Assembly (NCBI RefSeq): GCF_009914755.1
Contig: NC_060926.1
Strand: one strand, 5' to 3'
Source of the DNA: the human T2T-CHM13v2.0 reference genome, Homo sapiens
Length of the DNA stretch: 64,000 bases
Made by a program: the position numbers and the translations under genes
The notes under the pieces: model-generated
The model's input: only the letters and a program-made list of their open reading frames with translations
What the model was told of the DNA's origin: nothing
The model's database searches: none
Shown here: one piece after another, positions 54,933 through 64,000 of the stretch
Layout: each line of letters begins with the position of its first letter
Numbering within the stretch: the first letter of the stretch is position 1

Positions 54933-55588
54933 GTTTTTATTTTTATTTTTATTTTTTTTATTATTTTTTTTTTATTGATCATTCTTGGGTGTTTCTTGCA
55001 GAGGAGGATTTGGCAGGGTCATAGGACAATAGTGGAGGGAAGGTCAGCAGATAAACAAGTGAACAAAGGTCTCTGGTTTTCCTAGGCAGAGGACCCTGCA
55101 GCCTTCCGCAGTGTTTGTGTCCCTGGGTACTTGAGATTAGGGAGTGGTGATGACTCTTAACGAGCATGCTGCCTTCAAGCATCTGTTTAACAAAGCACAT
55201 CTTGCACCGCCCTTAATCCATTTAACCCTGAGTGGACACAGCACATGTTTCAGAGAGCACCCGGTTGGGGGTAAGGTCATAGATCAACAGCATCCCAAGG
55301 CAGAAGAACTTTTCTTAGTACAGAACAAAATGGAGTCTCCTATGTCCACTTCTTTCTACACAGACACAGCAACAATCTGATTTCTCTATCTTTTCCCCAC
55401 ATTTCCCCCTTTTCTATTCGACAAAACCGCCATTGTCATCATGGCCCGTTCTCAGTGAGCTGTTGGGTACACCTCCCAGACGGGGTGGCAGCCGGGCAGA
55501 GGGGCTCCTCACTTCCCAGAAGGGGCGGCCGGGCAGAGGTGCCCCCCACCTCCCTCCCGGACGGGGCGGCTGGCCGGGCGGGGGCTGC
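54933..55588 (-). mobile_element. 5'-truncated SVA retrotransposon (SINE-R + start of VNTR; SVA_B/C-like)
   Basis: T-rich tail; tttattgatcattcttgggtgtttct...; GC-rich VNTR ggggcggctggccgggcgggggctg; perfect 15-bp TSD ACTTGTGTCACTTTC (54918-54932, 55589-55603). Confidence 0.96.
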
Positions 55589-55947
55589 ACTTGTGTCACT
55601 TTCATTGCATTCAAATTTTTGACATTATTGATGTAGAGTTGTTCATAATATGCTCTTATCTCTTAAGGTCTGAAAGGTATATTTCAGTATGGATACTGGT
55701 AATTCCTGTTTGCCCCCTCTTTTTTCTTAATCATTTTTGCAAAGCATTTCAAAAACCTTGTCAATTCTTTCAAAGAATCACCTTTTGGCTTTGTTGATTT
55801 TCTTTATTCTTAATCTATTTTATATTAGGTTAGTTTTGCTCTTTATTATTTCCTTTATCATACTTTGGGTTTAATTTGCTTCCCCTCCCCCACCCCCACC
55901 CACCAATCTTCTTAATGTAGAACTTAGATCATTGATTTTTAAATCTT

Positions 55948-56249
55948 GTATTTATTTATTTTTATTTTTGAGATGGAGTCTGTCTCTGTTGCCCAGGCTG
56001 GAGTGCAATGGCACAATCTTGGCTCATTGAAACCTCTGCCTCCCAGGTTTAAGTGATTCTCCTGCCTCAATCTCCTGAGTAGCTGGGATTACAGGCATGT
56101 GCCACCACACCTGGCTAATTTTTGTATTTTTAGTAGAGATGGGGTTTCACCATGTTGGTCAGGCTGGTCTCAAACTCCTGACCTCATGATCCACCTGCCT
56201 CAGCCTCCCAAAGTGCTGGGATTACAGGCGTGAGCCAATGGACCTGGCC
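55948..56249 (-). mobile_element. AluS
   Basis: (TTTA)n tail and full dimer. Confidence 0.93.
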
Positions 56250-58793
56250 ATCTTTTATCTTTTATCTTTTTAAAATATAAGCATTTGTAGCCATAAATTT
56301 CCCTTTAAGAACTGACTTAGCTGTATGTCATAAATATGATGTATTTTCTTATCACTCAGTTTGAAATTTTCTAATTTCCCTTGTAATATCTTGTTAGACT
56401 CATGTTATTTATTACATGGAATTTATGTCAAATTTTATTACATGGAATATTAAATATTCCAAATATTTGGAATTTTTCTAAGTATCTTATGTTATTGATT
56501 TCTAATTTAGTTAGATGTGATCAGAAAATATACTTTGTAAGATTTAAGTGCTATGACGTATACTGAGATTTATCTTACGGCCCAGCATAAGGTCTCTCTT
56601 GGTGAGTGTTCAATGTACATTTGAGAAAAATGTGTATTCTAGAATTGTTAGGTGTAGTGTTCTATAAATATCAATGAGGTTAGGTGGTGGATAGGGTTGC
56701 TCAGATCTTCTATACCCTTATTAATTTTCTTTTAGTTTATCTGCTGTGCAATTACTGGAAAGGGAGTGTTAAAAATTCCCAACTCTGATTGAAGGTTTTT
56801 CTAGTTCTTCCTTTAGTTCTGTAAGTTTTTGCTTCATGCATTTTGGAGCTCCGTCATTAAGTGCATACTCATTTATGATTATGTCTTCCTGATGACTTTG
56901 TTTTGTCTTTATGAAAAGTCTTCATCTCTGGTAATAGTTCTTGTCTAGAAGACCACAGTATGTTATATTAATACAGCCACTCCAATTTTCTTATGCTTGC
57001 AGTTTGCATAGTATGCCTTTTTCCACCCTTCTACTTTGAGCTTATCTGTGTCTTTCTAGTTAACGTGTATCTCTTGTAGACAACACATAGTGCAGTCTTT
57101 CCTTTTTCCCAGTCTGATTATATCTGCCCTTTTATTGGAGTGTTTATATCTTTTTTATATTTAATGTATTTATTGATACAGTTGAACTTAGGACTACCAT
57201 TTTTGCTAGTTGTTTTTTCTCTAATCTATGTTTCTTATTTACCCCCACCCCCCCATTTCTAGTATTCCTGTCATTTTTGGAGGGAGGAGAGTGGTTAATC
57301 AGATATATTTTAGTATTCCCATTTAATACTTCTATTGGCTTTTTGGTTACACATCTTTGTAATTTCTTTTTAGAGGTTACTCTGGTGATTACAATATGTA
57401 TCCTTAACTTATTGTTTAATTTAGAACTATGTATATATTGTTCAACTTTAGGTAAAATGTAAGAGCCTTCCAATATTACCTTCTGCTATCTTTGTGTCAT
57501 CCTTCTCATGTATTTTATATCTATGTATGTTATAAACTTCATAATTTAATAATACAATATTATTTGCTTTAAAAAGTGAGAAAATTTTTAAATAAATAGA
57601 GAAAAAAGATTTAAAAAATGCTTTTACTCACATGTTTACCATTTTAGTGCTTTTCATTCTTTCCTGAAAGTCTGTGTTTCTATCTGGTGTTACTTCCCTT
57701 CAGTTTGAAAAAAAGTCTTCCCTTGTTATTTTAGTAGTGCAGGTCTGTACTCTCTCTCTTCTTCTATAACTTTAACTACATAGATCTACATAGATATTGC
57801 ACTGTTTGATATTGTCCCATATGTCACTTAAACTCTAGAAATTAAAAAAAGCAAAATTTTTTCATGTTTTTTTCTATCTGTTCCATGGATAAGATTATTT
57901 CTATTGATCTATCTTGAACTTCACTGAACTTTCTACTTTTATTTCCAGTTTATTGTTAACCCCATCTTAGTGAATTTTTCATTTGAGAGATACTTTTCAA
58001 TTCTAAAAGTTTCACTTTTTTATCATTTCCATTTCTCTGCTGAGATTCACAATAATTATGACTACATTTTCCTTTAAGTCCCTGAGCATATTTCTAATAG
58101 TTTCTTTAAAGTTCTTGTCTGTTAATTTTAATATCTGGTCATTTTAGAATTAGTTTCTGTTGATTACTTTTTTTCTAAACTGAATCACATTTTTCTGTTT
58201 CTTTACATGTCTAGTAATTTGGATTGCATGCTAGACATTGTAGATGATATGTTACAGAGATTCTTGGATTCTGTTATCCAGTTATTCTAGTAAGCAATTA
58301 ACTTACCTGAACTTAAACTTCAAACTAGTTAAAATCTCTAGTCAGTTTTTATGTTTTTAAATCTGTTGTTTTCCATGGGGTCCACTTGATGCAGTTCAGA
58401 GATCATCCAAAGTGTTGCATGGAATTTATACGCAGATTTTTAGGTCCTCTAGTCTTGTGTTATCTTTTTTTTCTGAGATTTCTCTGCTCAATTTTCAGTT
58501 GCTTTTACAACTCCTAAACTCTGTCTTCTGTCTCCCTAAGTCAGTAAGACTATGCTTTCTGAGTGAGTTCTAGGTGTCATATAGACTAAATCCTGCTGCC
58601 CAGTGAAAATCCACAGTTTCACTTAGCATGGTTCCCTTCTTTTAAGGGTTGAATTTACTGACATTTCTGCCTGGTTGTGTCACTTTACGTGTCTTAAAAT
58701 TTAAAAAAAAAAATTTGTTCAGAGTTTATACTTGTTATCTGTGAGAGGTTTAATCTGATACTTGTTATTCTGCCATTCCTAGAACCAAAATCT

Positions 58794-59490
58794 GCCATCA
58801 TTTCTCACCTAGAGTACTGTTGTAGCCTCCTGTTGTTCTTCCTGCTGCCTCTCTTGCCTCTTTAGTCAATTTTCTACTTGGCAGTCCCCTTTTAATATTT
58901 AAGTACAATTATTAACTCTTCTGATCAGATCCCTCTATTTATTTCTCACCCCATTCAGAGTAAAAGTCAAACTATTTGCAATGACCTACAAGGCTTTTTG
59001 CAATCATCTCTCTGACCATATCTCATATTTCATGCTTTGCTTCCTTGCAATGCTAACACAAAGCAGGCATGCTCCTACCTCAGAGTGTTAGTCCTGACTG
59101 TTCCACCTGCCTAAAATGCTCTTCCTACAGATAGTCACCTTGCTCACTCTTTTACCAAAATTGTGTCTTGGCTCAAATGTCACCTCAGTGAGGCCTTTCC
59201 TGAATATTCTTTTTAAAATGCATCCCACCATCCCTCCACACACACACCCCACTACCATCACTACTAAAAATGACATTCCTTATCTCCCTTCCATGCTTTA
59301 GTTTTTTTCACAACACTTTTCACCACTGAAATATTATCAGTTTACTATTATTTTATGTATCATATGTTTACTTCTACTGAAAAAAAAAGAGCTGTATAAG
59401 GGCAAGAATTTTTTCTATTTTGTTCATTTCTGTATGTCCAGTTCCTTGCAGTGCCTTGCAGTTAGAAGATACTCATTGAACATTTGTGCA
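58794..59490 (+). mobile_element. L2, downstream part
   Basis: gccatcatttctcacctagagtactg...gctcaaatgtcacctcagtgaggccttt...atactcattgaacatttg. Confidence 0.82.
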
Positions 59491-59729
59491 AAGAAAATTG
59501 AGTAAATTTGGATCACCCCTCTTTGTCAGGCAGGGTCTACATTTAAACCATAGATACAAATTTACTAATGGAGTTTGATTTCTCCTAATTGGGGATTGGG
59601 TGATAAGACAGGTTTACCAAATTCTTACTGTAAGATAAACCTATGTCCTGTTTGTTCCAGAAATAGCAAACAGCAATAATAAGCTTCATTCTACCATCTA
59701 GCTCTAGATTTATACAAAAATTTAAACAC

Positions 59730-60200
59730 AGTATAGTACAAAGCACTCTGAACTTTATTAGCTGCATGGCTTTGAGTTATTTAACAACTCTGAGCCTCTA
59801 TTTCCTCATCTGGAGAGGAGGATAATGGCGATTATCCAGGTTTATGAGTTAAGATTAGGTTAAGTTAGGAGTGAGAGAAAAATCCCAAATAATAGTGGTT
59901 CAAACAAGATAGACACTTATCTCATCTGTATGTCTGGAGGCTGGTCCAGAGTCAGTATAGCACTCCATGACTTTAGGGACTGTGGCTCCTTTCATCTTAT
60001 GATTCTGCCCTTAGTAGTCCTTGAGCTACTATGCTTACTCTCCAGCCAGCAGCCAGGAGGAAAAAAGCAGAGAATAAAGGGTCTCAAAGTCTATCACAAT
60101 GCATTCATCCAACAACCAGAACTTAGATAAAGGGCCACATACATGGTGGCTGGAAAAGGTAGTGTTTGTTTTGCATGGCCATCAGGGCAGCTGAAAATTT
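59730..60200. mobile_element. MIR fragment followed by an MLT1-like fragment
   Basis: ttatttaacaactctgagcctctatttcctcatctgg; aatagtggttcaaacaagataga...ggctggaaaaggtagt. Confidence 0.6.
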
Positions 60201-60321
60201 TAACTCCATGGAAGAAAGGGAAGAATGACTATTAGGGGCCAAATGGTAGCCTTCCACTCTAGTTTACTATAAAGATTAAATGTCTGTAAGATTCATGACA
60301 TCTAAAATCATGTAAACTATT

Positions 60322-60636
<315 letters not shown>

Positions 60637-61807
60637 TTAACCATCTTTCTCCCTTTTGTGTATTAAATTATCTCTTGGTCTTTCCCTTTCAAGAAAACAA
60701 ACTAACATTATTTAATCCTTTTCTTCTGGTTCCTACCTTTTACACATTTCTGCTGTACTTTTCCTAAATCTTCGTAGTATTATCCAACTCTTACAGGTAG
60801 AGATTAAATCTACTCATACCAATCTAAGTAGGGCTGTTACTGATGATGCTAAGCCACTGATGTCCATTCTTGGGTGGGCCTGTCATCAGCATAGGGATTT
60901 CCTAACAAAACCATTTTGATTGCTGGTTTCAAATGAGGTCTCTCAGATTCACAGGATTCTTTGTGATAAGATGTAGTAAGGTACGTGTACCTTATTTTAT
61001 GTGTGTTTGCTGTAATACCTTTAGCCCTTTTATCAGCGCTGTATGCAAAGTGAGGGCCTGGGATGTCACTAACAGTCCCTAAAAGATCAATGTTTTTATT
61101 TCAAATGGAGGAATTCTTTTTTCAAATAAAATCTTACAGATATGCCCCAAACAGATTAAAGCATAATTTTACTCTGTGTGTTGTGGAGGGGGAGCTCTTT
61201 GCAAAAGACTGGTCCAGATCATCTCTTAACTTGTTGAGAATCAGTTAGGAAGGGATGAGTGCTACTGATTACAAAAAGGGATTGGCAAGGAAGTCAAAGT
61301 TCTCATTCACTTGGATAACTCCAGCTATACCTGAGGCCTGGTTGCCTGGCAACTCAACCCAGTCAGGACAAACCCTGCCAATATTTCCCTAAGAATCTTC
61401 CAGTAAAAGAGGCAGAGCTAATGATTAAAAGTCAAGAAACCAATCCACAGAGTTATAAATAAAACATAAGCAAACACACTGCCATTAGGCCCTTAATGTG
61501 TTTGGAGCCCTGAGGACAGAGCGGGCAGGATAGGCGAGGAGAGTGAGGTCAGCTGCCTGCCCTCCAGGACAAATAATAAATGGTCTTGTTTCCGAACCAT
61601 TCTCTTACCCCTGTCCCTACACAGCCTTGCCTTTCCCACTTCACTTTTCTTGCTATAGTATTGTCTTCTGCATTTCACCTTCTCTCTTCTAGCCTTTTCC
61701 TTAGTTCACATTTAAAAAATTGTTTTGCCTGCACTTTGCCAAAAGTGCAGTTCTGACTTTTCTTATACTTTTATGTACCTTCTTCTTGTTTACATGTCTG
61801 ATGCAGT

Positions 61808-62022
61808 GTGGGAGCAGTTTTGGGGACATTTGGCAATGTCTGGAGATATTTTTGTTTGTTACAACTTGCAGGGAGAGGGTGCTACTGGCATCCAGTGTGC
61901 AAAGGCCAAGGATGCTCTAAACATCCTACTATTAACATCTTACTATATATGGGTCAGCCCCCTACAACAAAGAATTATCTGGCCCCAGATGTCAATAAGT
62001 GACAAGATTGAGAAATCCTGGT
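61808..62022 (+). mobile_element. MER20
   Basis: ggggacatttggcaatgtctggagatatttt...gtgctactggcatccagtg...gaattatctggccccagatgtcaata. Confidence 0.85.
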
Positions 62023-62121
62023 CTAATGCATATATTCTCAACAGGGATAGTAACTTAAATATGGCTCAACCTACCTGACAGAGTCTTATTTTCCAGTATT
62101 TATATTCCGGAAACGGGCTGG

Positions 62122-62853
62122 TGAGATGGGAGCGTTCCTTGGACCCCTTATGGGACTTGGGACAGGGGTGTGGCTCACCTACTTGGCCGCGGCACTCAAA
62201 CCCCTTATGAGAGGGGGAGCACACAAGTGAATGGGTGCTGGGGCCAGGGTGAGCGCTTTTGGGCTTCAGCCCCATGGTAGTGTCTAGGGGTGTATTACAA
62301 TTAATGCTATTTTAGCAATTGCTGTCCACGGACAGCTACGTGTTAACCAGCTCAGTGGAGAGTCAGGGTGACAGCCTTTTACACCCTGCCCTCTTGGTAC
62401 CCGAGTCCTTGTCCAGCATCCAGGAAGAATCAGGACACACAGACTTGAAGGATGGTGAATGCAGAGGTTTTATTGAGTGATGATGGTGGCTCTCAGTGGA
62501 ATGCAGAGCTGGAAAGCGGATGGAGTGGGAAGATAATCTTCCCCTGGAATTCGGCCGTCCCCAGCCAAACTCTGCTCTGACCATCCAGCTACCCCTTCTA
62601 CATTCAGACACTTCTTCTCTTCTCTCCCTCTCTGCCATGCTGCTCTGTTCCTCTGCCAGAGGAGTTTGGGATTTTTATGGGTACAGGATGGGGGTATGGC
62701 AGGCCAGGGTGGTTTTGAAAAAAGCAACATTCAGGCAGGAAAATAGGGATGTGAAGTTTTCAGTTAGGGCCTTGGGCCCAGGCTTGTGGGTGGGGCCTTT
62801 GCCAGGGAACAACCCTCTTCTACCCAGTATTTCCCTGCCTTCTGTCCTTATCA
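62122..62853 (-). mobile_element. LTR1-family (ERV1) solo LTR
   Basis: Reverse complement starts TGATAAGGACAGAAGGCAGGGAAATACTGGGTAGAAGAGGG; AATAAA on - strand; no clear TSD. Confidence 0.8.
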
Positions 62854-63503
62854 GTGTCGATTGGAAAAATAAATGTCTACAGGGACTCTTTATCAGAACA
62901 ATAATTTATAATGTTGAGAAACACTGGTCTAGTGTTAGGAAACTTTCAGGGTGAAGAGTCAATTGTATCAAACCTTTATAAAGCACACAGTTACAATTCA
63001 GCAAAAGCTGGTTCCTAGCATTGATAGACAGCAATCTCCTAGAATTAAACGTGAGTTTAAAAGAGATTGATTTTGATATTCCCAGGGAGAAGGGCAGGCA
63101 GGCCAGCCATCCTGGGGTCTGGTCCTTCTTTGAGAAAAGCATATAAGCATACATATTTTCAGGCCCCAAAGACACCCTAAGATGTCTAGGGCTGGTAATT
63201 TACTTAATGACACCCAGGGACCTAGAAGAATTAATGTGCATTTAAATGATGAGCTTTTATGGTTTCCCCAAAGGTCATAATGTATTTGGCAGTTGAGCAC
63301 CGTGATGTTGGAAACAAAGGCAATCATTTCAAGAACATCTCATTTGTATCAATGAAATTTTTTCTCTCAACTTTAATATGTTTCTTTTTGTTTAAAGGTA
63401 TCTCTTATTAAAAAGGCTAGAAATCGCTTTTTTTTTCTCTGAAGGTCAAAAGTAAATGTATCTTGTTGGGACATTTTATCCCACCCGGGGTATTAGAAAA
63501 GTC

Positions 63504-63702
63504 ATTATATATATATAAAAAATATATAATTATATATGTAATTTTATAAATTTTTAAATTGTAATATTTATTACATTTAAATTATTTATAAAATTCATAA
63601 AATTTTACATTTATAAAATTATAAATATAAATTATATATAATATACTAAACATATATAATATATTAGACATATATTATATATAATATATTAAATATAAAT
63701 AT
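63504..63702. repeat. AT-rich low-complexity/(TA)n region
   Basis: ~200 bp almost entirely A/T. Confidence 0.9.
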
Positions 63703-64000
63703 CCCCAGACTCTAAGTCAATAACTTCTGTTTCCTCTAACCAATTGATTTTTTAAATTATTAGTATAATTTTTATCCAACCTGGTTGGTATCCCTAAGAT
63801 ATTAAACTTTTACTAAGAAAACAGGGTGGATGGTAAGAACACATAAAATCTGGCTGACTTTCAGTTTGACATTCTTTCATTAAAGATTGTTTGGTTTTAC
63901 CGAGCTCTTCCACCTCGTGCCTGGGAACAGTCTCAAGCAATGGTTCACTCAACAAGAGGAGAGATGCTCTTTAGTGGGTGGAGCCCACAGCAGTGCCTAG

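Noticed and set aside
54979-55636. ORFs over the GC-rich segment; possible CpG-island promoter
   Set aside because: Explained entirely by the SVA SINE-R/VNTR
62496-62954. 152-aa ORF
   Set aside because: Mostly within the LTR1 element; no protein family signature or splice structure

Overview
Hominoid (most likely human) genomic DNA. The first ~24.3 kb holds the 3' end of MYO1B (unconventional myosin-Ib) on the + strand: eight coding exons (1558-22877) that splice in frame through GT-AG introns to give 313 aa (last IQ-type repeat plus the TH1 lipid-binding tail, ending ...LLEVAVP*), followed by a ~1.4 kb 3' UTR. The remaining ~40 kb is intergenic and dominated by transposable elements: Alus, a 5'-truncated SVA, several ERV/MaLR solo LTRs, old L1/L2 and hAT/Tigger DNA elements, including a ~12 kb nested stack that splits an L2. 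I see no evidence for a new gene or multi-gene system; almost all ORF-track entries are repeat-derived or chance ORFs. The most notable unexplained structures are small. They are a 72-bp ancient mitochondrial insertion (tRNA-Val/16S junction) inside an L1, a 188-bp locally templated copy pasted into a MER47 transposon, several patchwork direct/inverted micro-repeat 'repair scars', a potential re-splicing site at the start of an exon, and a miRNA 8mer overlapping a poly(A) signal. Repeat family names and the mtDNA comparison come from recalled consensus sequences, not from a database search.
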